The translations under genes and the position numbers were made by a program. Of a stretch of DNA of 64,000 nucleotides, positions 7,658 through 17,254 are shown in pieces. The notes beneath the pieces were generated by a model that worked only from the letters and a program-made list of their open reading frames with translations, did not search any database and was not told the origin of the DNA. This DNA comes from an uncultured Gemmatimonadales bacterium (GTDB lineage: Bacteria > Gemmatimonadota > Gemmatimonadetes > Longimicrobiales > RSA9): NCBI GenBank assembly GCA_963783305.1, contig CAWAMW010000002.1, forward strand, positions 320,001 to 384,000, in the 5' to 3' direction. Numbering within the stretch: position 1 is the stretch's first letter; each line of letters starts with the position of its first letter.

Positions 7658-9736
7658 CTACCAGATGTTCACTCTCTGCTCCGGCGCCATCCACATGCCG
7701 TCGCCGGGCTGCAGGTCGAAGGCCTCGTAGAAGGCGGGCATGTGTGCCACGATGCCGTTGGTCCGGTACTCGCTCGGCGAGTGCGGGTCGGTCATGATGC
7801 GGTTGCGCAGCTCTTCCTCGCGGTAGAGGCGGCGCCAGACCTGGGCCCAGCCCATGAAGAAGCGCTGGTCGCCGGTGTACCCATCGATGACCGGCGCCTG
7901 CTGCCCGTTCAGCGACAGCTTGTACGCCTTGTAGGCGACGGCAAGGCCGCTCAGGTCCCCGATGTTCTCGCCCAGCGTCATCTGGCCGTTGAGGTTCAGC
8001 CCCTCCAGCGGCTCGTAAGCGGTGTACTGGTCCACGATCATGCCGGCCCGGGCATCGAACGCCGTGGCGTCCTCGGGGGTCCACCAGTCGCGCAGGTTCC
8101 CGGCGCCATCGGACTTCCGGCCCTGGTCGTCGAAGCCATGACTGATCTCGTGGCCGATCACCGCGCCGATGGCGCCGTAGTTGACGGCGTCATCCGCCTC
8201 CAGGTCGAAGAAGGGCGGCTGGAGGATGGCGGCCGGGAACACGATCTCGTTCCGGACGGGGTTGTAGTACGCGTTGACCATGTAGGGCGGCATGCCCCAC
8301 TCGTTCGGGTCGATGGGCTCGCCGAGCTGTGACACATTGTCGTGGTACTCGAACGCGCGCACGCGACGCAGGTTGTCGAGCAGGTCGCCCTCCTGGATCT
8401 CCAGCCCCGAGTAGTCCTCCCAGACATCGGGGTAGCCGATCTTCGGCGTGAAGTTGGCCAGCTTGTCCTTCGCCTCCGCCTGCGTGGCGGGGCTCATCCA
8501 CTCGAGCTCATCGATCCCCTGGTCGAAGGCCGCGAGCAGGTTCCCCACCAGCTCATCCATGCGGGCCTTGGCCTCGGGCGCGAAGTAGCGCTCGACGTAG
8601 AGGCGGCCGAGCACGTCGCGGAGCGAGCCCCCGACCACGTCCACGCCGCGCTTCCACCGCGGCCGCTGCTCCGTGATGCCGGCCAGCGTCCGCCTGCGGA
8701 AGTCGAAGTGGGCATCGACGAACTCGGAGCTGAGGAGCGGCGCGGCGCCGTCGAGGGTGTGGAAGGTCATGTACGCCTTCCATGTGTCCACGGGCGTCGC
8801 GGCGATGATGTCATCCACCGCCTCGAAGTACGACGGCTGCTGCACGACCACCTGCTCGGCGTCGTCCAGCATGGCGCCGTGCAGGTACGCGGCCAGGTCC
8901 ACCGATCCCATGAGGTCATCGGCCTCGGCCACGGTCATCTTGTTGTACGTGGCGTTGCGGTCGCGGTTCTCCGTCTGCGTCCAGTGCTTGTCGGCGATCG
9001 CGGTCTCGAGGGCCAGGATCGCGTCGGCGGAGGCCTCCGGCCGCGGCTCACCGGCGAGGCGCAGGAGGGTGGCCACGTAGTCGCGGTACGCGCTCCGGAG
9101 CTTCTCGAACTGCTCGCCCTCCCGGAAGTAGTAGTCGCGGTCGGGTAGCCCGAGGCCGCTCTGGCCCAGGTAGGTGATGTGCTGGTCGGACTGCTTCTGG
9201 TCGATGTAGACATAGGCGCCGAACGGGCCGCCGATCCCCAGCGGGGCCGTCTCGCCCCAGAACGCCGGCAGCTGGGCCGTGGACGTGACCTCCGCGATGG
9301 CGTCCAGCTCCGGGCGCACCGCTTCGATCCCCAGCGACTCGATCCGCGCCGTGTCCATGAAGCTGCGGTAGAGCGAGCCGACCTTCTGGGCATCGCTGCC
9401 CTCAGGGGCCTGCAGCGCGGCCACGGACTCCACCACCGCCCGCAGGTTGTGCTCGGCCTCGTCGGCCAGTTGTGCGAACGAGCCGTAGTTCGAGCGGTCC
9501 GCGGGGATCTCCGTGCGCTCCAGCCACTTGCCGTTCACGTAGCGGTAGAAGTCGTCCTGCGGACGCACGCTCTCGTCGATGTTCTCGAGGGCGATCCCGC
9601 TCTCGAGCGCGGGCGCCGTCACGGCCACCGGCTCGGCCTGGGGCGCCGGCGCGGGGGCGTCCGCCGTCCCGGCCGCGCAGCCCGTCAGCGACGCTATGGC
9701 CAGCAGCGAAAGAATTCTGGTCGGGGTACTCGACAT
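7658..9736 (-). CDS. M13 family zinc endopeptidase (PepO/ECE-like), lipoprotein
   Basis: Lipobox LTGC; PQDDFYRYVNG, VNAYY, GHEISHGFD, GENIGD, DPHSP. Confidence 0.95.
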   Translation of the reverse strand: MSSTPTRILSLLAIASLTGCAAGTADAPAPAPQAEPVAVTAPALESGIALENIDESVRPQDDFYRYVNGKWLERTEIPADRSNYGSFAQLADEAEHNLRAVVESVAALQAPEGSDAQKVGSLYRSFMDTARIESLGIEAVRPELDAIAEVTSTAQLPAFWGETAPLGIGGPFGAYVYIDQKQSDQHITYLGQSGLGLPDRDYYFREGEQFEKLRSAYRDYVATLLRLAGEPRPEASADAILALETAIADKHWTQTENRDRNATYNKMTVAEADDLMGSVDLAAYLHGAMLDDAEQVVVQQPSYFEAVDDIIAATPVDTWKAYMTFHTLDGAAPLLSSEFVDAHFDFRRRTLAGITEQRPRWKRGVDVVGGSLRDVLGRLYVERYFAPEAKARMDELVGNLLAAFDQGIDELEWMSPATQAEAKDKLANFTPKIGYPDVWEDYSGLEIQEGDLLDNLRRVRAFEYHDNVSQLGEPIDPNEWGMPPYMVNAYYNPVRNEIVFPAAILQPPFFDLEADDAVNYGAIGAVIGHEISHGFDDQGRKSDGAGNLRDWWTPEDATAFDARAGMIVDQYTAYEPLEGLNLNGQMTLGENIGDLSGLAVAYKAYKLSLNGQQAPVIDGYTGDQRFFMGWAQVWRRLYREEELRNRIMTDPHSPSEYRTNGIVAHMPAFYEAFDLQPGDGMWMAPEQRVNIW

Positions 9737-9895
9737 AGTCTGTATTCCTCAATGGTTCTGACGTGACAATCTCGTCCGGCGACCTCGCTCGGCACGGGGT
9801 CCATACGCCCCAAAGAGACGTCGGGTTCCGGCAGCGGGCAAGTCAGGCTGGATCCGGTCCGGCGTTCCCGCTGCACGGGCCCACCCCCGCCCGCC

Positions 9896-9924
9896 TTGAC
9901 CCGCGCCCGGTGTCGCGGCACTAT
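9896..9924 (+). promoter_or_regulatory. Putative sigma70-type promoter giving a leaderless transcript
   Basis: TTGACC (9896-9901), 17-nt spacer, CACTAT (9919-9924), 6 nt, then ATG 9931; no SD sequence. Confidence 0.6.
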
Positions 9925-9930
9925 CCAGCC

Positions 9931-10008
9931 ATGGACACGCGCCGATATCCCGCCTATACCCGCTATACGACCCGCCCCGCGGGCCGTGACCGGAGGCGTA
10001 TGCGCTGA
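9931..10008 (+). CDS. Tyr-rich attenuator leader peptide (25 aa)
   Basis: [25 protein letters not shown]; three TAT codons at 9946, 9955, 9964; lies upstream of terminator and Tyr biosynthesis genes. Confidence 0.75.
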   Translation: MDTRRYPAYTRYTTRPAGRDRRRMR

Positions 10009-10032
10009 GGCGCAGACCGATTCCAGGCGCAC

Positions 10033-10071
10033 GGGCGGCCCGCGGAGCATTTCCGCGGGCCGCCCTTTTTT
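10033..10071 (+). terminator. Intrinsic terminator of the aroF-tyrA leader
   Basis: Perfect 14-bp stem GGGCGGCCCGCGGA/TCCGCGGGCCGCCC, loop GCATT, then T6; ends 20 nt before aroF ATG. Confidence 0.9.
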
Positions 10072-10091
10072 CATCCGGCACCCAGGTACCC

Positions 10092-11161
<1,070 letters not shown>

Positions 11162-11165
<4 letters not shown>

Positions 11166-11431
11166 GCGACCTGGCGGAGCTCCGAGACCGGATCGAGGCG
11201 ATGGACCGCTCCATCATCGAGCAGGTGGCGGCGCGCGTGGAGCTCGCCCGCAGAATCGGTGCACTGAAGCGGGAGCGGGGCGTGGGGGAGCTGGACCCGG
11301 GGCGTGAGGCGGCGGTGATCCGGCAGGCGGTGGAGACTGGGCGGGAGCACGGCCTCCCCGGCGAAGCAGTGAGGGAGCTGTTCTGGAACCTGATGGCGCT
11401 CTGCCGCGGCGCGCAGATGGAGGACCGATGA
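11162..11431 (+). CDS. Chorismate mutase (AroQ type)
   Basis: [27 protein letters not shown] overlap; operon context. Confidence 0.88.
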
Positions 11432-12267
11432 GGTCTGCGGGGATCATCGGTCTGGGGCTCATTGGCGGATCTGTGGCCCGCGACCTCTCGGCCGCCGGCT
11501 GGCGCGTCCTGGCCGAGGACCGTGACCCCATCCGTTTGGGCGGCGCGCGGACCGCGGGGGTGGTGGCCGGGCCTCTGACGCCGAACTCGCTCGAGAAGCT
11601 CGACCTCCTGGTGCTGGCCACGCCGGTGCGTGCAGCCGTAGAGCGGATCGGCAGGCTGGGCGAGATCCTCGATTCCGGATCGGGCGTCGTGATCACGGAC
11701 GTGGGCAGCACCAAGCGCTCCATCGTCGAAGCTGCGGAAACCACCGGTCTGGCCGGGCGGTTCGTGGGATCGCACCCCATGGCCGGGAGCCATGAAAGTG
11801 GCTGGAGCGCGAGCCGGCGTGGACTCTTCCGTGACAGCCCGGTATGGCTCTGCGCCACCGACGCGAGCGAGCCGCGGGCGGTGGCCGCGGTGGAAGAGCT
11901 GTGGCGGGCCGTGGGCGCCCGCCCGCGCCGGATCGACGCGGCTTCCCACGACCGCCTGCTGGCCCGGACCAGCCACTTGCCGCAGCTGGCCGCCACCGCG
12001 CTGGCCGGGGTCCTGTCGCGGCACGGCCACGCGCCGGCGGCGCTGGGGCAGGGCGGGCGGGGGGCCACGCGCCTCGCGGGGAGCGACCCCGACATGTGGA
12101 CCGACATCGCCCTGGACAACGCGCTCGAGATCTGCCCGGCGCTGGAAGAGCTCGCCCGGGATCTCGCCGACCTCGCCCGCGCCGTGCGGATGGGCGAAGC
12201 CGCGGCCGTTCGAGAGCGGTTGGTGGCCGCACAGGCCTGGCACGACGGAACGGAGCCCGTGCGCTGA
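11428..12267 (+). CDS. tyrA: Prephenate/arogenate dehydrogenase
   Basis: GLGLIGGS, DVGSTK, HPMAGS, HD...SHLPQ, TRLAGSDPDMW. Confidence 0.92.
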   Translation: MRSAGIIGLGLIGGSVARDLSAAGWRVLAEDRDPIRLGGARTAGVVAGPLTPNSLEKLDLLVLATPVRAAVERIGRLGEILDSGSGVVITDVGSTKRSIVEAAETTGLAGRFVGSHPMAGSHESGWSASRRGLFRDSPVWLCATDASEPRAVAAVEELWRAVGARPRRIDAASHDRLLARTSHLPQLAATALAGVLSRHGHAPAALGQGGRGATRLAGSDPDMWTDIALDNALEICPALEELARDLADLARAVRMGEAAAVRERLVAAQAWHDGTEPVR

Positions 12268-12307
12268 CCGAGCGCCCCCCGGTCCCGCCCGGTAGCTACG
12301 TCCGGGC

Positions 12308-12934
12308 TCAGCCCTTGTGCAAAATGCCGCGGATGCGCGGCGCGGTGGGCGGGAACCAGGCATCGTCGCGATAGTGCTCCAGCGGCCCGGTGAACCCGGC
12401 GTCCCGGAGGGCGGCGCCGCTGTCGCGGTCGAGGTGGCAGCCGACGGCGGCGCGGGTCCAGAGCGGGTCCAGCCACCGCTGCCACTTCTCGAGCTGCGAA
12501 TCGGGACGCGCCTTCACGTGCTCGAGCACCAGCAGCCGACCATTGGGCCGGAGCACGCGGTGCGCCTCCCGGGCGGCTGCCGCATAGTCTGGAATCGTGC
12601 ACAGCGTCAGGAACGCGACGACGGTATCGAAGCTGGCGTCGTCGTACGGAAGACGCTCGGCGTCGGCGCGATGGATCCGGATCCGGTACGGTGCGCCCTC
12701 GAGACGCAGCCGGTCCGCTCTGCGCCGCGCCTCCTCCACCATCACCGGGTGCGGATCGATTCCCACCACATCGCTCACCTCCGGCGGATAGAACGCGAGG
12801 TTGGAGCCGGTCCCCACGCCCAGCTCCAGGGTGCGGCCGTGGGCGTGCGCCATCAACGCACCGCGCTGCTCGTCGAAATGACGGGAGACCACGTGGAGGA
12901 GCTTCGGAAAAACGCGTTCGCTGTAGAATGACAT
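12308..12934 (-). CDS. Class I SAM-dependent methyltransferase
   Basis: LELGVGTG, AERLPYDDASFDTVV, LCTIP, RVLRPNG, GCHLDRD. Confidence 0.9.
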   Translation of the reverse strand: MSFYSERVFPKLLHVVSRHFDEQRGALMAHAHGRTLELGVGTGSNLAFYPPEVSDVVGIDPHPVMVEEARRRADRLRLEGAPYRIRIHRADAERLPYDDASFDTVVAFLTLCTIPDYAAAAREAHRVLRPNGRLLVLEHVKARPDSQLEKWQRWLDPLWTRAAVGCHLDRDSGAALRDAGFTGPLEHYRDDAWFPPTAPRIRGILHKG

Positions 12935-12939
12935 GAGCG

Positions 12940-12945
12940 ACGTTA
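12940..12945 (-). promoter_or_regulatory. Putative -10 box directly ahead of the methyltransferase start (leaderless)
   Basis: TAACGT then 5 nt then ATG 12934; no SD. Confidence 0.4.
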
Positions 12946-13077
12946 CCTTTGCATGGTCGACGCCACAACCGACGGACCGCTTCCCTCCCCCACGGGAATT
13001 TCCGGGAATTCCCTACAGCGCGAGGCGGCAGACCGCGAGAGCTTGTCCCGTGCACCTTCTCCTCCATGGAGGCTCTC

Positions 13078-13707
13078 ATGCGAAACCGCCCGCGGATGCT
13101 CCGTCGGACCCTCGCGCTGCTGGCCGCACCCGCCGTTATCGTCCTGACCACCACCGCCTGCGACGGGGGCGGGGGTACCGACGACATCAACGGGGCCACT
13201 CGCGCGCGCGTGGCCGCCGCCGGTGACTCGGCGGCCATGACACTGATCCGGACCCTGGGGGGAAAGCTGAACGGCAAGCTCGCCTCGGGCGGCCCGGCAG
13301 CCGCCATCGATTTCTGCGCGGGTGAGGCACAGGCGCTGACCGACAGTGTGGCCCTCACCCTGGGCGAAGGCTGGGCCGTGAAGCGCACCACACTCCGCAC
13401 CCGCAACCCGCGGAACGCCCCCGACTCACTCGAAGCCATCGCGCTGGAGTTCTTCCACGGCGCCGAGGCCGCGGGAACGGAGCCGTCGGACTACGTGCAG
13501 CGGACGCCATCCGGCGACTACCGGTACTACATGCCGCTCCGCTTGGGCCATATGTGCCTCGAGTGCCACGGTCCGCGAGACGAGCTCGACCCGGCGGTGC
13601 GCGAAGTCCTGGACTCCCGCTACCCCGCGGACCAGGCCACCGGCTACAGCGAGGGCGACCTGAGGGGAGTGGTTCGCATCACCATGCCGGCGGCAGCGGT
13701 CCGTTAG
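13078..13707 (+). CDS. DUF3365/Tll0287-like c-type heme lipoprotein
   Basis: GGAGG RBS; lipobox TTAC; RNPRNAPD, YRYYMPL, CLECH heme motif, YPADQATGY..GDLRG. Confidence 0.85.
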   Translation: MRNRPRMLRRTLALLAAPAVIVLTTTACDGGGGTDDINGATRARVAAAGDSAAMTLIRTLGGKLNGKLASGGPAAAIDFCAGEAQALTDSVALTLGEGWAVKRTTLRTRNPRNAPDSLEAIALEFFHGAEAAGTEPSDYVQRTPSGDYRYYMPLRLGHMCLECHGPRDELDPAVREVLDSRYPADQATGYSEGDLRGVVRITMPAAAVR

Positions 13708-14066
13708 CCGCTACCCCGTCGCTTGCCCCTCCCGCGGCGCTTCGCCGAGAGCGCCACATCGAGCGCGTCATCGATCCACGCCCCCAGGCCGTCGGTCGCC
13801 TCCAGCAGGTCGGGCGGCACCTCGTAATACTGCATGGGCCGCTCGGGGTCACCGAAGGGCAGGAAAGGGCCCATCCCCCGGGCCTCGAAAGCCGGCCGGT
13901 TCAGGTCGCTCACCTTGAAGTAGAGCATATCGTCGGCCATCAGGGCGAAGAAGATCCCATCGGCATAGATGCCCACGCCGCCGAACATGGCCCGGTGGGT
14001 CAGCGTGCGGGTGGTAGCGCGGCTCAGCTGCTCCAGGGCCCAGTCGCGATAGTCTTCGGAGACCAT
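13704..14066 (-). CDS. TfoX N-terminal domain protein
   Basis: RAMFGGVGIY, FFALMADDMLYFK, YYEVP. Confidence 0.85.
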   Translation of the reverse strand: MVSEDYRDWALEQLSRATTRTLTHRAMFGGVGIYADGIFFALMADDMLYFKVSDLNRPAFEARGMGPFLPFGDPERPMQYYEVPPDLLEATDGLGAWIDDALDVALSAKRRGRGKRRGSG

Positions 14067-14119
14067 GATCCTCCTGCAGGCTGGCGGTGCGAGCCGGGGG
14101 AACGAACATTCTCCGTAAT

Positions 14120-15400
14120 ATGACCGAAAAAGAAAACGATCCGGCGCGGCCGCCGCCGAGCGCCCGAGGCGGGCGTCCCGGCCGTGGCACGCGGCCGACG
14201 GACCCGGCTCGCCCCTGCCTCAACTGCGGGGACCCCACGCCCGGCGAGTACTGCCCGACCTGCGGGCAGCGAAAGGTGGACGTGCAGGTGTCGGTACGGG
14301 CCCTCGTCGTGGATGTGCTCGAGGACCAGTTCATCCTCGACAAGCGCCTCCCCCGCACCCTCGCGTACCTCCTGTTCCAGCCGGGGCGACTGACCGTCGA
14401 GTACGTCAACGGTCGGATCGTCCGCTACATCCACCCGTTCCGGCTCTACCTGGTCACGAGCATCATTTTCTTCCTGCTCCTCTCCTTCTTCAGCCTCCAG
14501 GTGGTGCGCCGGGCGGTGGAATCGGGTGGACCGGAGGTGACCATCCAGGGCGCGGACTCGCTGGACATCGCGCTGGAGCAGGTCCGTACCGCCCTCGCCG
14601 ACACCACACTCGACACCGAGAACCGCGTCGAGCTTCGCATCCGGGAGACCGCGCTGAGCGAAAAACGGCGGGAGCTGCGTCTGGACTCGCTGGCGACGGC
14701 CGCCGCGAGGCTCGACTCTGCGCTGGTCACCGTCCGCGAGGTCTCGAGCGACAGCGGGATCCCGGGCGGCGTACGGCAGGCCATGCAGGCCAACCGCGCC
14801 ATACTCGAGCGTCAGCTGGAGGTGGCCACCGCGCAGCGGGAGTCGATGCTGCAGGATACCGCCGGCGCCGCATCGCTGGCGGGACTCGATCAGGACCGTC
14901 CCATCCGGGAGGCGTGGGGGTGGGACGAGCCCACCGTGAAGGTGGGGAACGCGAAGCTCGACACGATCATCAACGGGCAGCTCAACCGTCTCGCCGACAT
15001 GCCGCCGCGGGAGGCGGCGGAGACCGTCGCCGGGACCTTTTTCAATTACGTCCCCACCATGATGTTCATCCTGCTGCCCGTATTCGCCGCGCTGCTGAAG
15101 CTCCTCTACGTCCGGCGACGGCGCTACTACGCCGAGCACTTCGTCTTCCTGCTCCACGTGCATTCCGTGGTCTTCATCCTGGCCACGGTCATCCTGCTGA
15201 CGAACCGGTTCCTGCCCGCCCTGGTAGAGGTGGCGCTGGGCGTCTGGATCCTCGTTTACATCTACCTGGCCATGAAACGCGTGTACGGCCAGGGCTGGCT
15301 AAAGACGCTGGTGAAATACTGGACGCTGGGGTGGATGTACTTCTGGGTCTTCTCCATCAGCATTCCCATCGCCTTCGTGGCCACGCTGTTCCTCTTCTGA
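14120..15400 (+). CDS. DUF3667 membrane protein with N-terminal Zn ribbon
   Basis: CLNCG..YCPTCGQ, PGRLTVEYVNGRIVRYIHPFRLYL, C-terminal TM helices with YYAEHFVFLLH. Confidence 0.85.
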   Translation: MTEKENDPARPPPSARGGRPGRGTRPTDPARPCLNCGDPTPGEYCPTCGQRKVDVQVSVRALVVDVLEDQFILDKRLPRTLAYLLFQPGRLTVEYVNGRIVRYIHPFRLYLVTSIIFFLLLSFFSLQVVRRAVESGGPEVTIQGADSLDIALEQVRTALADTTLDTENRVELRIRETALSEKRRELRLDSLATAAARLDSALVTVREVSSDSGIPGGVRQAMQANRAILERQLEVATAQRESMLQDTAGAASLAGLDQDRPIREAWGWDEPTVKVGNAKLDTIINGQLNRLADMPPREAAETVAGTFFNYVPTMMFILLPVFAALLKLLYVRRRRYYAEHFVFLLHVHSVVFILATVILLTNRFLPALVEVALGVWILVYIYLAMKRVYGQGWLKTLVKYWTLGWMYFWVFSISIPIAFVATLFLF

Positions 15401-15403
15401 GAC

Positions 15404-15787
15404 TCACGCGCGCCGGCCGACCACGGCCCCGTGCAGCGACAGCAGCGCCCCGACGAGCAGCACACCCGCCGGGTAGACGACCCACCATTCCTCGAGCACG
15501 TCGCGCTCGCCGACCACACCGGCCGTCGCCAGGTCCCAGACCAGCGTCCAGGCGAGGATCCAGACCAGAAGCGACCTCCAGTTCTCCAGCACCGCCCGCG
15601 GGGCGCCGATCCGCATGGCCGGGAACCAGAACGCCAGCGCCAGCACTACCGCGCTGATCACGAAGCTCACCGGCAGCGCTCCGAGCTGCCCGCGGGACGC
15701 CGCGAAATAGGCGCCCACGATCGCCACGACGAGGATCGACGCCGCCACGCCCCGGCGCCCGCTCAGGGTCTGTTTCGGTCCCGCCAT
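15404..15787 (-). CDS. Hypothetical 4-TM membrane protein
   Basis: GGAGG RBS before ATG 15787; four hydrophobic segments. Confidence 0.65.
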   Translation of the reverse strand: MAGPKQTLSGRRGVAASILVVAIVGAYFAASRGQLGALPVSFVISAVVLALAFWFPAMRIGAPRAVLENWRSLLVWILAWTLVWDLATAGVVGERDVLEEWWVVYPAGVLLVGALLSLHGAVVGRRA

Positions 15788-15814
15788 TTGCGCCTCCGTC
15801 CGATGTTTGTCGCG

Positions 15815-15830
15815 CGGCACGAACGATGCA
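15815..15830 (+). promoter_or_regulatory. Putative sigma54 -24/-12 promoter
   Basis: CGGCACGAACGATGCA (GG-N10-GC) upstream of lipoprotein gene. Confidence 0.5.
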
Positions 15831-15867
15831 CTTGATCGCTCCTGTCACCATGCTCCAGGAGCCGGAA

Positions 15868-16344
15868 ATGCGCACCTACGGAACCACCCTCATACTGGCC
15901 TTCGCCGCCCTCACCGCCGCCGCGTGCGACGGCGAGAACCGATTCCGCACCGGGGAGGCGAACATCACGGGGCCGTCCGACGCGCCGGTGTACGAAGCCG
16001 TGGCGCTGGCATTCGATGACAACATCGGCCCCAGGATGGACCTCCTCGACGAGGGCGCGATCTTCGAGCTTCAGCTCGACGAGACCGACATGATCTTCGA
16101 CTCGCGGTTCCGGTTCGGGGACACCGATTTCTCCACCACCGGGACGTTCGGCGTCGATGAAGGCGTGTTCACCTTCAGCGACGATCCGTTCCTCGATGAC
16201 ACCGACATCACCGCGCGGTCCTTCGATTTCGAGGACGGGGGCGATGTGCTCGCGCTGGAAGGCGCGACGGTCGTGCTGGACGCGGACCACGATGGTTTCC
16301 AGGAAGTCGGAACGCTGTACATCCTGCTGAAGCGAAGGGAATAG
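15868..16344 (+). CDS. Hypothetical acidic lipoprotein
   Basis: AGGAG RBS; lipobox TAAAC; Asp/Glu/Phe-rich mature part. Confidence 0.7.
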   Translation: MRTYGTTLILAFAALTAAACDGENRFRTGEANITGPSDAPVYEAVALAFDDNIGPRMDLLDEGAIFELQLDETDMIFDSRFRFGDTDFSTTGTFGVDEGVFTFSDDPFLDDTDITARSFDFEDGGDVLALEGATVVLDADHDGFQEVGTLYILLKRRE

Positions 16345-16355
16345 CGGCGCGGGCA

Positions 16356-17075
16356 TCAGGGTCGGATCCGCTCGCGGACTGCTCGCCGTGCGCCGGCCAC
16401 CATCCGGAAGAAGTTGAGCATGTGCGCCAGCGGCTTGATGTGGCTGGCCTGCCCTTCATAGATGGTGCGGATCGGCACCCACTCCACGGGCCAGTCTCGC
16501 CTCAGGCACGTCAGTACCATCTCCACCTCGAACTCGAAGCCGCGCTCTCCGCTGTCCAGCATGGCCTCCATCAGCCGCCGGCTCAACAGCCGGTAGCCGG
16601 ACTGGTTGTCGGGGACGTCCGCGCCCACCGCCCGCGAGAGGAACCACCGCCCCGCGATGTTGGCGATGCGCCGGAGCAGTGGCATCTCGCCGAAATCGCG
16701 CGCGCCGATCACGAGGTCCGGGGTTCTGGACCGCCATACCTCGAGGAAGATCGGGATCTCCGCCGGGTCGTGCTGGCCGTCCGCGTCAATCGTGACGACC
16801 GCCGCGAAGCCGACCTCCAGCGCGTGACGGAAGCCGCCCTTCAGCGCGGCGCCCTTCCCCTGGTTCGGCTCCTGCCTCAGCACTTCCGCCCCCGCCGCGC
16901 GGGCGGCGGCGGAGGTGTCGTCGGTGGACCCGTCGTCCACCACGACGACCGGCAGGTGCCGTGACGCGGCGCGCACCACGTCACCCACCAGCGGGCCGGC
17001 CTCGTACGCCGGGATCAGGGCGAGGGCCGCGCCATGGTCGCCGGCATCGGGTCGCCGCGCCCGGTCAGCCGCCAT
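16356..17075 (-). CDS. Glycosyltransferase family 2 (polyprenol-phosphate glycosyltransferase-like)
   Basis: IPAYE, VVDDGSTD, NQGKGAA, IDADGQH, DNQSGYR. Confidence 0.9.
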   Translation of the reverse strand: MAADRARRPDAGDHGAALALIPAYEAGPLVGDVVRAASRHLPVVVVDDGSTDDTSAAARAAGAEVLRQEPNQGKGAALKGGFRHALEVGFAAVVTIDADGQHDPAEIPIFLEVWRSRTPDLVIGARDFGEMPLLRRIANIAGRWFLSRAVGADVPDNQSGYRLLSRRLMEAMLDSGERGFEFEVEMVLTCLRRDWPVEWVPIRTIYEGQASHIKPLAHMLNFFRMVAGARRAVRERIRP

Positions 17076-17166
17076 CGCCGGCCTCCGCGTACGCCCGCCC
17101 GTTCTGATCGCTGTAGTGGACGGCGAGGATCGCCAGCAGGATGGAGAGGAGCGTCCGGTGCCTCAT
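17065..17166 (-). CDS. Possible 33-aa small protein or gene remnant
   Basis: MRHRTLLSILLAILAVHYSDQNGRAYAEAGDGG*; GAAAGGGG just upstream; overlaps GT2 start by 11 nt. Confidence 0.4.
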   Translation of the reverse strand: MRHRTLLSILLAILAVHYSDQNGRAYAEAGDGG

Positions 17167-17254
17167 GCCCCTTTCGGGGTGCAAGCTCCACGCCGAGGGG
17201 CGGGGTGGAGGGGGCGCCCGGGGGGCGAAAAGACCGCCAGGCCGCGGCGGTCGT

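Noticed and set aside
9931..10071. T-box riboswitch as an alternative explanation of the aroF leader
   Set aside because: No T-box consensus (TGGNACC) in the antiterminator region and the leader is short; the Tyr-codon ORF explains it better.
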